Of a stretch of 64,000 nucleotides of DNA, positions 32,651 through 42,469 are shown in pieces; the first letter of the stretch is position 1; the number at the start of each line of letters is the position of its first letter. Origin of the DNA: Alphaproteobacteria bacterium (lineage in GTDB: Bacteria > Pseudomonadota > Alphaproteobacteria > UBA7887); contig JASLYQ010000010.1 of NCBI GenBank assembly GCA_030739735.1, positions 16,712 through 80,711 on the forward strand, written 5' to 3'. Under the pieces are notes generated by a model, which searched no databases, was not told where the DNA came from, and worked only from the letters and a program-made list of their open reading frames with translations. Position numbers and translations under genes: made by a program.

Positions 32651-35047
32651 TTACAGGCGGGACAGACAGGCCTGAGCCGCAGCATCGATGATGGCGTCTT
32701 TGTCGACGCCGTGGACACGGTAAAGGTCGGACAGGTTGCCCGACTCCCCGAAGGAGGAGACGCCGAGTGGCTGCACGCGATGACCGGCCACCGAGCCGAG
32801 CCAGGCCAAAGTCGAAGGATGCCCATCGAGAACTGTCACCAACGCCGCATTCGGCGCCAGATCAGCGAGCAGACGCTCGATGGGCGCGACGACCGTGCTC
32901 TCGCCGGACTGACGGCCGCGTCTTGCCTCCTCCCAACCGCGATATAGGCGGTCAGCAGATGGCACGGCGAGCAAGCCTACTCCCGGTATATCCCCGGCGA
33001 TCGCAGCATGGGCCTCAACCACCTGAGGGGCCACGGCACCGCAATAAATGATGGCAATCTCCGTGCCCAACTCCGGCGCAACCTGCCAGTAGGCGCCGTC
33101 AAGCACCGCACTAGCGTCCATCTCGCGCTTGGGCTGAGCGATCGATCGGGTCGAAAGACGCAGATAGACGGAACCGCCATCATCATCCTGAATATGATCA
33201 AAACTCCAACGCATTATAGTGGAAAGCTCATCCACAAAAGCAGGTTCAAAATAGGTTAGGTTCGGTTGCGCAATGCCCATCGGTGGCGTGCCCAGGGACT
33301 GATGCGCACCACCCTCGGGCGCCAAGGTTATGCCGGACGGCGTGCCGATCAGCATGAAACGGGCGTCCTGATAGCAGGCGTAGACCATGGCGTCCTGGCC
33401 GCGCGCGATGAAGGGATCGTAGAGCGCGCCGATGGGCAGCAACCGCGTGCCGAACATCTCCGCCGACAGCCCCAGCGCGGCCAGCGTGAGGAACAGGTTG
33501 TTCTCAGCGATGCCGAGTTCAATATGCTGCCCCGTGGGTGATGCCGTCCAGCGCTGGGCCGAGACCACCTGCTCAGCCCGGAAGATATCGGCACGCTCGT
33601 GGCGGTCGAAGATCTGGCGTTGGTTAACCCAGCCGCCGAGATTGGTCGACACAGTGACGTCGGGCGAGGTTGTAATGAGGCGTCGAGCCAGCGCACTGTC
33701 ACCGCGGCCGATGTCGTTGAGAATGCGACCGAAGGCCTCCTGGGTTGAGGCCGTCTCCTTCACAGAAACCTCCAAGCTATCGGGGACCGCCACTCGTGGC
33801 GCGGCGAAGCGTCGCCTTACATCCGCCGCAAACGGCGCCGCATCGATCGCTGCCTGCAAGACCCCCGGCGCCAGGTTGAGCCCGGCAAACCGCTCCCACT
33901 CCTCACCGTCGCCAATGGCGTTCATGGCCTTGAAGTGCGCCATCTGCTCCGATGTCATGAGACCGGAATGGTTGTCCTTATGGCCTTCCAGGGGCAGCCC
34001 CTTACCCTTGACCGTATAGGCGATGATAGCCTGGGGCCGGTCGCTCTCAGCAGCCTTTGCGTATGCTTCGAGCACGGTTTCCAAATCGTGGCCCGCGAGA
34101 TTGGTCATCAGCGCATGCAGGGCATCGTCATCGTGATCGTCGAGCAGCGCCTTGATGCCGGCAGTATCGCCGAGATCGCGCCTGAGATGCTCGCGCCAGG
34201 CGGCGGCGCCCTTGAAGGTCAGCGCCGAATAGAGTTGGTTCGGGCAGCTGTCGATCCAGTCGAGCAACGCCTCGCCACCCGGACGCGGCGCCTGAGCCTG
34301 CAAGAGTTTGCCGTACTTGATGGTTTGCACGTCCCAGTTCATCGACGAGAACAGCCCGTCGAGCCGATTGAACAGACGATCGGTGACAACGCTATCGAGG
34401 CTCTGGCGGTTGTAGTCGATGATCCACCAACAGTTCCGCACGTCGTGCTTCCAACTCTCCAGCAGGGTCTCGAAGACCACGCCTTCGTCGAGTTCGGCAT
34501 CGCCGAAGAGTGCAATCATGCGCCCGTCGTGGGACCAGTCCTCGTGCTCCAGGCCGTGCAAGCGGAGATAGTCCTGGGTCAGCGAAGCGAAGACTGTCAT
34601 AGCACCACCCAAGCCCACCGAGCCGGTGGAAAAATCCACGTCGTCCTCATCCTTGGTGCGCGAGGGATAGGGCTGGGCGCCGCCGAAGCCACGAAAACGT
34701 GCCATCTGGTCTTGTGTCTGCCGACCGAACAGATACTGAATGGCGTGGAAGACCGGGCTCGCATGGGGCTTAACCGCGACACGGTCCTGGGGCCTCAGCG
34801 CGTGGAAATAGAGTGCCGTCATCAACGTCGCCAGCGAGGCCGAGGAAGCTTGATGGCCGCCCACCTTCACGCCATCCTTGGTCTCGCGGATGTGGTTGGC
34901 GTTGTGGATGATCCACGACGACAGCCAGACCACCTTGCGCTCAAGTTCTCGCAGCGCCCCTATATGGGGCGTGGTCTCGATGGTGGTGGCAGGGGAAGCG
35001 ACGGCGGCAACCGGCGGGACCATGTCAAATCTCCGGTGTTTCGGCAC
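32651..35047 (-). CDS. Pyruvate dehydrogenase E1 component homologue, homodimeric AceE type (TPP-dependent, transketolase-like)
   Basis: Collinear with E. coli AceE motifs: GGHQASSASLATL…YF (vs GGHISSFQSSATLY), ASPVFHA (vs GHISPGVYA), and LFGDAELDEGVVFE (vs FLGDGEMDEPES, TPP-binding). No E2/E3 genes are adjacent. An alternative start is MVPPVAAV at about 35023. Confidence 0.7.
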   Translation of the reverse strand: MPKHRRFDMVPPVAAVASPATTIETTPHIGALRELERKVVWLSSWIIHNANHIRETKDGVKVGGHQASSASLATLMTALYFHALRPQDRVAVKPHASPVFHAIQYLFGRQTQDQMARFRGFGGAQPYPSRTKDEDDVDFSTGSVGLGGAMTVFASLTQDYLRLHGLEHEDWSHDGRMIALFGDAELDEGVVFETLLESWKHDVRNCWWIIDYNRQSLDSVVTDRLFNRLDGLFSSMNWDVQTIKYGKLLQAQAPRPGGEALLDWIDSCPNQLYSALTFKGAAAWREHLRRDLGDTAGIKALLDDHDDDALHALMTNLAGHDLETVLEAYAKAAESDRPQAIIAYTVKGKGLPLEGHKDNHSGLMTSEQMAHFKAMNAIGDGEEWERFAGLNLAPGVLQAAIDAAPFAADVRRRFAAPRVAVPDSLEVSVKETASTQEAFGRILNDIGRGDSALARRLITTSPDVTVSTNLGGWVNQRQIFDRHERADIFRAEQVVSAQRWTASPTGQHIELGIAENNLFLTLAALGLSAEMFGTRLLPIGALYDPFIARGQDAMVYACYQDARFMLIGTPSGITLAPEGGAHQSLGTPPMGIAQPNLTYFEPAFVDELSTIMRWSFDHIQDDDGGSVYLRLSTRSIAQPKREMDASAVLDGAYWQVAPELGTEIAIIYCGAVAPQVVEAHAAIAGDIPGVGLLAVPSADRLYRGWEEARRGRQSGESTVVAPIERLLADLAPNAALVTVLDGHPSTLAWLGSVAGHRVQPLGVSSFGESGNLSDLYRVHGVDKDAIIDAAAQACLSRL

Positions 35048-35152
35048 GCCGAAATGGTATCATTTTTGGTTCTGCAAAGAATTGCGCAGTGCGTGCACTT
35101 ACTCCATGATTATAGCAGTTTATGCCAACATTCATTATAGTTACGGCATTTC

Positions 35153-35653
35153 ATGCCAAAGAGAGTCCGTAATATGCCTCGTGCCGACCTCGACGCCATA
35201 GACCGCAAGATCCTCACCGCCCTGCAGGAGCGCGCGCGCATGCCCAATGTGGAATTGGCTGGCGCCGTCGGTCTCTCGCCCTCGCCCTGCCTGCGCCGCG
35301 TGCGTGCGCTTGAAGATTGCGGCGTCATCCGCCGCTATGCGACCTTGGTCGACCAGTCGGCAGTGGGGCTACCGGTTAGCGTTTTTGTCAGCGTCTCTCT
35401 GGAACGCCAAATCGAATCGGCCTTAGATGAATTCGAGGCTACAGTCAAAGCTCGCCCCGAGGTCATGGAATGCTACCTCATGACTGGAACCGCCGACTAT
35501 CTTCTACGAATTGTTGTATCTGATTTAGAGGCTTACGAGCGTTTTCTAAAGGAACATCTAACCCGAATCTCTGGCGTCAGCAGCATCCAATCCAGTTTCG
35601 CTCTCAAACAAATCGCCTATCGCACGGCGCTGCCACTCGACGCATCTGAATAG
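35153..35653 (+). CDS. Lrp/AsnC family transcriptional regulator
   Basis: An HTH (DLDAIDRKILTALQERARMPNVELAGAVGLSPSPCLRRVRALEDCGVIRRY) plus a C-terminal RAM/AsnC ligand domain. It is divergent from the AceE-like gene. Confidence 0.85.
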   Translation: MPKRVRNMPRADLDAIDRKILTALQERARMPNVELAGAVGLSPSPCLRRVRALEDCGVIRRYATLVDQSAVGLPVSVFVSVSLERQIESALDEFEATVKARPEVMECYLMTGTADYLLRIVVSDLEAYERFLKEHLTRISGVSSIQSSFALKQIAYRTALPLDASE

Positions 35654-36170
35654 ACCACCACTTCAAACTTCTCCTCGCAAGTCGGTGCACAAAATAGCCC
35701 GTGATGAGGTCGTACTCCGCATCGCTGGTTCGGAAATTGTGGTGCCACTTTCGTTGCGCGCAGGCAGCCGCTGTTTATACGCGTCATCCGAAAAGTCGTG
35801 ATAATGCAGGTGAAACGAAACGCGGGGCTGCTCGAAAATGCCGCGCCTCTGAGCGCATTAGTTTTTGTTGTTTGCTGAAAATCAAGGACGACGAATAGCG
35901 CTACGCGCGACAACGCTGCCACATGTGGCCCCTTACCCTGCGCAGCCTTTCAGAGCAGCGGACATAATTCTCAAGTATCGATATCTCACCGGATTAAAAC
36001 GCAGACGCCCAACCATCTTCGCTGATCAGCACTGTTTCGGGCACTGTGGCCGACCGCCGAACCAATGCCGACATACCTGCGCCGATCTTGCTGCAAAAGA
36101 GTTGGAGGGCTGGTTCCACGTTGTCGGTCATAGGGATATAGTGGTCACAGAGTTCGATGGAAGATGGTTT

Positions 36171-36899
36171 GTGAGCGATATAGCAGGAATCAAGGCATTC
36201 ACTTTTGATGTCGGTGGCACGGTGCTGGATTGGCACAGCGGCACCAGCGCCGCCCTCAAATCGTGGGGTGATGCACGTGGTGTCACACTCGACTGGCCCG
36301 CAGTTGCCAACGAATGGCGACGGCAGACGCTCCGCGAAATGTTGGGGCCGGAGCAATCTGGGTTGCGCGTCGGCGCTTTAGCCAACCTCAATATCGACGG
36401 CGTGCACAAGGCTTTGGTGGGCCTTGCCATAGAAAAATTTGGCGGTCCGACACCGAGCGACGACGAGGCACAGACACTTGCTATGGCTTGGCACGACAAT
36501 CCGCCGTGGCCGGATTCAAGCCCAGGGATACAGCGACTGAATACGAAGTACATAACTGCCACGCTGACCATTCTCAGTGTCTCACTAATCGTTGATGCCT
36601 CGCGGTCAGCTGGTTTTCACTGGGACGCGGTGATTAGCTGCGAGATGCTCGATGTCTACAAGCTAAATCCCAAGGTCTATCGGGAGGGCGCGCGCCTGCT
36701 AGGCCTCGACCCGGCTGAGATCGTCATGGTCGCGGCGCACGACATGGATCTAAACGCCGCACGCGCGCAAGGTTTCCGCAGCGCTTTCGTGGCTCGTCGC
36801 GCCGAATGGGGGGGCAACACCCCGACACCGACCTGCGCGGACCATCACGACTTCATCGTCGACAGCCTCGAAGAGCTGGCGGATCAAGTGGGGACTTAA
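36171..36899 (+). CDS. HAD-superfamily hydrolase (haloacid dehalogenase-like)
   Basis: A likely GTG start gives MSDIAGIKAFTFDVGGTVLDW (HAD motif I DxDGT-like). Downstream motifs run through …AAHDMDLNAARAQGF. The ORF-track 5' extension (from 35865) lacks coding character. Confidence 0.6.
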   Translation: MSDIAGIKAFTFDVGGTVLDWHSGTSAALKSWGDARGVTLDWPAVANEWRRQTLREMLGPEQSGLRVGALANLNIDGVHKALVGLAIEKFGGPTPSDDEAQTLAMAWHDNPPWPDSSPGIQRLNTKYITATLTILSVSLIVDASRSAGFHWDAVISCEMLDVYKLNPKVYREGARLLGLDPAEIVMVAAHDMDLNAARAQGFRSAFVARRAEWGGNTPTPTCADHHDFIVDSLEELADQVGT

Positions 36900-37792
36900 T
36901 CGCCCGAGACAAAATCGACGTGGCCGAACAAAGCGTCGAGACGTGCCATGGTGTCCGCGGCCAACGGCGGAGCCGCCAGTGAGGCAACGTTCTCTGCCAG
37001 GTGATCGGGATTACCTGTACCGGTCAGGATGACACTGTCCGGCGCGCATTGCCGGCAATAGCGGTAACCCGCGTCGACCAAGGACTTGGCGCCGCCGTCA
37101 CGCACGATATCACGCAAACCCCCAGCGTCGATATCGACCAGCCCCGCCAGCAGTGCGTCAAGTGCGCGAGGATCGCTCAAGGCGCGACGCACAGCGAACA
37201 TGATCAGTGTCGCCACGCCGGTCTCCCTTGCTGGCGCCAAAACGCGTCTGGCGGCCGAAGGATTGAATAGATTGAAGCCGGCCATCATCATCTCAAAGCC
37301 GCCCTCGATGAGCGCCCGTTGCAGCATCTCGTGGCTCATATCGGTGCGGAAGTTCTCGCTGATGGCGATGTGGCGGATCTTGCCCTGCTCACGAAAGCGC
37401 TGCAGCACCGGGAGCTGGCGCTCGCGCGCGCGTTCATAGCGTTCGGGCCGCACCCCGTGCAGGTGGAAGATATCGATATACTCGGTACCGAGCGCACGCA
37501 GGCTCTCTTCCAGACTGCGCGCGAGCGCGGCGGGATCGTCCAGTGCGTGGGACTTGGTCGACACAATCACTTTTTCGCGGTGTCCGGCGATGCCCTCACC
37601 GACGATGCTCTCCGTGCCATAAGCCGCAGCAGTATCAAAAAAGGTGATGCCGAGGTCGAGGGCGCTTCGCACCAAGCACACGGACTCGGCGCGGCTCGCG
37701 CCCGTGCCCATACCAAGCCGGCTCGCGCCGCCGCCGCCGAGGCCAACGACGCTAGCCTCGAGCCCGGTGCGCCCGAGAGTGACTTTCTTCAT
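36896..37792 (-). CDS. Aldo/keto reductase
   Basis: MKKVTLGRTGLEASVVGLGGGGASRLG…LGITFFDTAAAYG is a canonical AKR N-terminus. Confidence 0.85.
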   Translation of the reverse strand: MKKVTLGRTGLEASVVGLGGGGASRLGMGTGASRAESVCLVRSALDLGITFFDTAAAYGTESIVGEGIAGHREKVIVSTKSHALDDPAALARSLEESLRALGTEYIDIFHLHGVRPERYERARERQLPVLQRFREQGKIRHIAISENFRTDMSHEMLQRALIEGGFEMMMAGFNLFNPSAARRVLAPARETGVATLIMFAVRRALSDPRALDALLAGLVDIDAGGLRDIVRDGGAKSLVDAGYRYCRQCAPDSVILTGTGNPDHLAENVASLAAPPLAADTMARLDALFGHVDFVSGD

Positions 37793-37793
37793 G

Positions 37794-38528
37794 TCAGGCG
37801 GGCGGCGCCACCAGCAGCCGGCCCTCGATGCCGTGGCGCGCGATCAGCCCGCTGACCAGGCCGCTTGCCTTGGCCTCCTCAACGAAGTCGCGCAGGAAGG
37901 TGGTTGCGGCCGTGTTCTCCTTCGCCGTGCCGATCGACTGCTGCACGGCGGTAAAACAGCCGTCGAGAACCTTGGCACCGGGCATCTCTTCGACATCACT
38001 CATCAACACCGGGCGAAGGCCTGCTAGCACGTCGAGCTTTTCCGCCACGAACAATTCACGCGCCGCCGCTAGCCCTTTGGCACGCAGCAGCTCAGCATGC
38101 TTCAGGTGGCGCGTCAGATAAAGGTCGTAGGCACTGCGCGCCGAGATGGCGATACGCACACCCTCGCGGTCTATCTCGTCAATGCTGGAGTAGGGTGAAC
38201 CCACCGGCACCAGATAGGTTGCCTCGATCTCCACATAGGCTGGCGAGAAGGCGATCTTCTCGGCCCGCGCCGGCTCGTGCGCGATAAGCCCGATATCCCA
38301 GAGATCGCTACCACCAGCATCCGCCAGTTCACCCGGCGATGGAAAGGTGACAAATTGCACGTCCACATCAAGACGGTCCGCAATCGCTTGTGCCATATCC
38401 GGCGCCACGCCGATCGGCCCGCCATCCAGCGCGCTGTCGCTAACCAGCAGGAAATTAGAAAGATTGATGCCCGCCCGCAAAGTGCCGCTGGACGCGAGTT
38501 CTGATGCAGCGCCGTTAGTCATGACCAT
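37794..38528 (-). CDS. Periplasmic-binding-protein type 3 (SBP_bac_3-like) domain protein with no evident signal peptide
   Basis: 244 aa with …TLRAGINLSNFLLVSDSALDGGPIGVAPDMAQAIADRL… resembling amino-acid/cyclohexadienyl SBPs. The N-terminus MVMTNGAASELASS is not a signal peptide and an in-frame stop precedes it. Confidence 0.5.
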   Translation of the reverse strand: MVMTNGAASELASSGTLRAGINLSNFLLVSDSALDGGPIGVAPDMAQAIADRLDVDVQFVTFPSPGELADAGGSDLWDIGLIAHEPARAEKIAFSPAYVEIEATYLVPVGSPYSSIDEIDREGVRIAISARSAYDLYLTRHLKHAELLRAKGLAAARELFVAEKLDVLAGLRPVLMSDVEEMPGAKVLDGCFTAVQQSIGTAKENTAATTFLRDFVEEAKASGLVSGLIARHGIEGRLLVAPPA

Positions 38529-38824
38529 TTAACCTATCGAAGTTTAAGATGGCCGCAGTCTACGTCGCCCGTGCCAGTGGTCAAAAGGTATCGAAGACGC
38601 CGGTGCGATCAAGGCACTTTCTGGCTATGACCTCGTTACCCGCAATCTGCCACCAGCTGCCCGCTAACGCGAACCAAACGGGCGGCTCGGCAGCGACCAT
38701 GTCGCCCTTACTGTAGGTAGCGGAGGGCGCCAGCACATTCAAAGCCCCGCAAACGCACCTTCTGCCACCCACCAAGCGACAATACGCCCAGCCAGCAGCA
38801 CATTGGAAAAGGTGATCGGCTCGC

Positions 38825-39595
38825 TCACGTCTTGCCGACCAGTTTCTCCCGCCTCGCCTCGGCGTGTTTGCGGTTTTCCGGATCGCGCGCCATGAGTAAA
38901 ATCTGATCCTGGTCGAGGTAGAGACTGTTGGGCATGGCAAAATGCCGGTTCACCGATTCCTTGACCATCTGCTGGGCGATACGCGGACGCTCGCAGATCT
39001 CCGCCGCGAGTTCACCCGCCGCCGCCATGGGATCGTCGGCAATCATTTCACAAAGGCCCCAGGCGAGCGCCGTCTCGGCATCAACCTTGCGGGCCAATGC
39101 ACCGATCAGCTTGGCGCGGGCGGAGCCTACGAGATTGCCTATACGCGGCAGGCTGTTCCAGGAATAGTTGATCCCGAGATCAACTTCAGGTGCCTGAAAC
39201 CAGGCGTTACTACCCATGATGCGGAAATCGCAACTGACCGCTAGCGACATGGCACCGCCAATAGCAGGGCCGTTGACCACGGCGACAGTAAGCGGACGCA
39301 AGCGCTCCCAGGCGGCACACATGTCCGCACCGAGCCGCACTAGACGCCGCGCCTCCGCCATCGACGCACCGTCGCCAAAGCCCTCGCGCTCGTCAAGATC
39401 AGCGCCAGCCGAGAAGGCGCGCCCGGCGCCGGTGACCAGCACGCAGGAGAGGTCGTCGCGCTCATCGAGCGCTTCCGCCACCTGCCTCAGCTCGCGCTTC
39501 AGCGCGTTGCTCATGGCATTGAGCTTCTCCGGTCGGTTAAGGGTTACGATGGCAATGCCGTCGGCATCGCTCACGGTCACGGTTTCGAATGTCAT
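38825..39595 (-). CDS. Enoyl-CoA hydratase/isomerase (crotonase) family protein
   Basis: MTFETVTVSDADGIAIVTLNRPEKLNAMS…VLVTGAGRAFSAGADLDE is the crotonase-fold CoA-binding signature. Confidence 0.8.
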   Translation of the reverse strand: MTFETVTVSDADGIAIVTLNRPEKLNAMSNALKRELRQVAEALDERDDLSCVLVTGAGRAFSAGADLDEREGFGDGASMAEARRLVRLGADMCAAWERLRPLTVAVVNGPAIGGAMSLAVSCDFRIMGSNAWFQAPEVDLGINYSWNSLPRIGNLVGSARAKLIGALARKVDAETALAWGLCEMIADDPMAAAGELAAEICERPRIAQQMVKESVNRHFAMPNSLYLDQDQILLMARDPENRKHAEARREKLVGKT

Positions 39596-40866
39596 TCCTT
39601 GCCTTTCAGAAGCGATCGCACACGCGCCGACGTGGCAATCTCACCGCTGCCCGCATAGGCCTCGTGATTGCTGTCAATCTCATCGAGCTTGTAGACGTAG
39701 TTAACCATCATGCCCAACGAGCGATCGAGGCCAGCCGTCGAGGTATCAGCGCTCGGCGCCAGGCGCTCGACACGCGCGCCATTGGTGAGGTGGAAATGGG
39801 CCACGGGATCGGCGGCGCGACCGCGGCGCTTCTCACGCAACAGGTAGTGCGCCGCCCCGACCAGAAGCGCCGCCTCATCGTCAGGTTCTCCCGCTTCCGT
39901 CTTCTCCAGCCAGCGGCGCAGGCCTGGGATCGGCGATAGTGTCGCGAATATCTTCAGCCCCGGGAACTCCGCGCGCAACAAATCGACAACCCGTTTGATG
40001 AGAAAGTTGCCAAAGCTGATTCCGGCAAGCCCTTGCTGAGCGTTAGAGATCGAATAAAAGATGGCAGCATCAGCTTCTGCGGCATCAAGCGGCGGTGGCG
40101 CTTCGTCCAGCAACGCCGCCATGTCGCCCGCGAGGCCCGTGGTCAGGGCAACCTCGACAAAGATCAGCGGCTCGTCAGGCATGCGCGGGTGAAAGAAGGC
40201 GAAACAGCGGCGGTCGGAATCGAGGCGGTTCTTGAGGTCGCTCCAGGAGCGGATCTCGTGCACCGCCTCATAGGCGATCAAGCGCTCGAGCAGATTCGCC
40301 GAGGAGTTCCAGGTGATACGCCGCAACTCTAGAAACCCAACATCGAACCATGATGCGAGCAGATCCTTTAGCTCGCTATCGATCACTTTTCGCACGGCCT
40401 CGCCCAGCGGCAGGTGGCGCAACTCAGCCCGTAGATCGATGAGGAACTTGACGCCACCGGGTAGGCCGCCAAGCTGGCGGAATAAGGCCGCGCGTGGCGC
40501 CTCCAGCGCCTCGCGCAAGGCGGCCTCGGCGCCGGCTACGCCCTGTAATTGCAAGCGCGCTGCATTGTCGAGTCGTCGCCTATCCAGGCCAAAGTTATTT
40601 CCAAGCAGTCCGATAAAGCGAGCGCGACCGTCTTCGTCGAGACACAAATAGGCCTCACTCAACTCTGCAGCGCGCGCTAAGGCGGAGACGGCACCGCCGC
40701 GCGCTTCCAGACACTCGCATATGGCCGCTTGCAGGCGCCGCAGATCATCATCGCTTAATCCCGGCGACAAGGAGTTGCCTAAGCCCCTTCCGCGCCCGGT
40801 CGCCAGACGGTGCAATCGCCGCAAGGTGCGGTCAAGGAAGGTCCTATCAGACATGGCTAATTTCAA
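39592..40866 (-). CDS. Malonyl-CoA decarboxylase family protein
   Basis: A 424-aa MCD-fold protein with an N-terminal helical domain and a C-terminal catalytic domain. Its stop overlaps the crotonase start by 4 nt (operon). Confidence 0.6.
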   Translation of the reverse strand: MKLAMSDRTFLDRTLRRLHRLATGRGRGLGNSLSPGLSDDDLRRLQAAICECLEARGGAVSALARAAELSEAYLCLDEDGRARFIGLLGNNFGLDRRRLDNAARLQLQGVAGAEAALREALEAPRAALFRQLGGLPGGVKFLIDLRAELRHLPLGEAVRKVIDSELKDLLASWFDVGFLELRRITWNSSANLLERLIAYEAVHEIRSWSDLKNRLDSDRRCFAFFHPRMPDEPLIFVEVALTTGLAGDMAALLDEAPPPLDAAEADAAIFYSISNAQQGLAGISFGNFLIKRVVDLLRAEFPGLKIFATLSPIPGLRRWLEKTEAGEPDDEAALLVGAAHYLLREKRRGRAADPVAHFHLTNGARVERLAPSADTSTAGLDRSLGMMVNYVYKLDEIDSNHEAYAGSGEIATSARVRSLLKGKE

Positions 40867-40975
40867 GATGCGCTAATAATGACCCATTTGATGGCCCGAG
40901 GCGGGTTCTCGGGTAGAAGCGGCGCACCAAACTCTTAGTCCACGAAGAAAATTGTGTGCTCAAATGGATCATCAT

Positions 40976-42469
40976 CTAATGCGCCTCGGTATAGCCCCTC
41001 GGCAAGGCCGCGAGCACGCTCGCCACGTAGTGCGGCAGCGCCTCGCTGACCAGCCCAAGCCCCGCGTAACTCGCAGCAGTGGCATGGATCCAGGCTGCCA
41101 TGCAGGCGGCATCGAAGGGCGTGGCACCGGCCGCCGTCAGCCCGGTGATGAGGCCGGCCAGAACGTCGCCAGTACCGGCAGTCGCCAGATTGGCCGGACT
41201 ACCGCATTCAATCACAGCGTGACCATCGGGCGCGGCTATCACGGTCTCCGGCCCTTTGAGAGCCATCACGGTCCGCGATTCCGCCGCACCGGCACGGGCG
41301 CGGGCAAGCCGGTCGCCGGTGGCGTCGAACAGGCGAGAAAACTCGCCGTCATGGGGTGTCAGCACGCTGGGGCAGGCCGCAGTAGCGGCAAAAAGCGTAT
41401 CGCGATCGTCAGCAAAGCTGGTCAGTGCGTCAGCATCGAGCACGACGCGCCGACCCGCGGTGAGCGCCAGCATGGCCTTTTCGCGCGTCGCCGCACCAAC
41501 ACCATTGCCGGGCCCGACGAGCACGGCGTTCTTGCGGGTGTCCGCAAGCACTTCAGCAAAATCGTCGTCCGACACCATCACCGATTCGAGGGCAGCGGCA
41601 TAGACCGGGAAGGAGCCGCCCGGCGCCACCACCGTCACCAGCCCAGCCCCTACCACGAGCGCCGAGCATGCCGCCAGCCGGGCGGCGCCAGTGGTGGTCT
41701 CGCCGCCAACGATCAGCGCATGACCGCGGTGATATTTATGACCTTCCTGCGTCGGCCGGGGCAGACGCGCCTGCCACAGGCGCGGCGCATTTAACGCAGT
41801 GACCGGCGCAATATCGTCGAGCACGCTGGGAGGAATTCCGATATCCGCTACCACGAGTTCACCGCAAAGTCCGCGACCCGGACTGAGGAGGTGCCCGGGC
41901 TTGGGACGGAAGAAGGTCACCGTCAGCGCTGCCGGCGCAGCGGCCCCGCGTATCTTGCCGGTATCGCCGTCGAGCCCGCTCGGCACGTCGATGGCGACGA
42001 CATCGTGCCGGCCAGCAGCCAACGCCTCGGCAAGGACCAGCGGCAGGCCATTGAGATCGCGTGAGAGGCCGGCGCCAAATAGGGCATCGACGACGAGACC
42101 ATGGCCGGCAAGACACGCCGGAGAGGCCTTGACGATAGGCCCCTGCCAGCGCCCAGCCATGATCGCCGCGTCACCGCAGAGGCTGTCAGGTTCGCCCCAC
42201 AGTGCCAGGGTGACGGGCCAGCCATAGCGGGCCAACTCGATAGCGACACCAAAGCCATCACCGCCATTGTTGCCAGGCCCGCAAAGCATCAGAGTGGGTC
42301 GCGGTGCCCAGCGGGCCCGAATCGCCCGCGTCACGGCCGCGCAGGCATTCTCCATCAAAACGATCCCCGCCGTGCCGGCAGCGACCGCCGCGGCATCAGC
42401 CGCGCCCATCTCAGCACAAGTCAGAACCGCCTGCGCGCGCCAATCGTCGTTTTCGTGGACGGTTTCCAT
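40976..42469 (-). CDS. nnr: Bifunctional NAD(P)H-hydrate repair enzyme Nnr (epimerase plus ADP-dependent dehydratase; YjeF N/C domains)
   Basis: An N-terminal YjeF-N domain (…GIVLMENAC…LCGPGNNGGDG…) plus a C-terminal carbohydrate-kinase-like YjeF-C domain (…GPGNGVG… …GSPANLATAGTGDVLAG). The likely start is METVHEND… at 42469. Confidence 0.8.
   Translation of the reverse strand: METVHENDDWRAQAVLTCAEMGAADAAAVAAGTAGIVLMENACAAVTRAIRARWAPRPTLMLCGPGNNGGDGFGVAIELARYGWPVTLALWGEPDSLCGDAAIMAGRWQGPIVKASPACLAGHGLVVDALFGAGLSRDLNGLPLVLAEALAAGRHDVVAIDVPSGLDGDTGKIRGAAAPAALTVTFFRPKPGHLLSPGRGLCGELVVADIGIPPSVLDDIAPVTALNAPRLWQARLPRPTQEGHKYHRGHALIVGGETTTGAARLAACSALVVGAGLVTVVAPGGSFPVYAAALESVMVSDDDFAEVLADTRKNAVLVGPGNGVGAATREKAMLALTAGRRVVLDADALTSFADDRDTLFAATAACPSVLTPHDGEFSRLFDATGDRLARARAGAAESRTVMALKGPETVIAAPDGHAVIECGSPANLATAGTGDVLAGLITGLTAAGATPFDAACMAAWIHATAASYAGLGLVSEALPHYVASVLAALPRGYTEAH

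Noticed and set aside
31276-32947. Long plus-strand ORFs (31276..32214, 31790..32947) spanning tig and tRNA-Leu
   Set aside because: They are antisense to the unmistakable trigger-factor gene and overlap a tRNA. They show high-GC frame-opening artefacts and have no motifs.
38581-38824. Possible 39-aa ORF (MVAAEPPVWFALAGSWWQIAGNEVIARKCLDRTGVFDTF) between the crotonase gene and the PBP-like gene
   Set aside because: It has no RBS or start-context support. The longer ORF-track version overlaps the crotonase gene out of frame. Coding is too uncertain to report.
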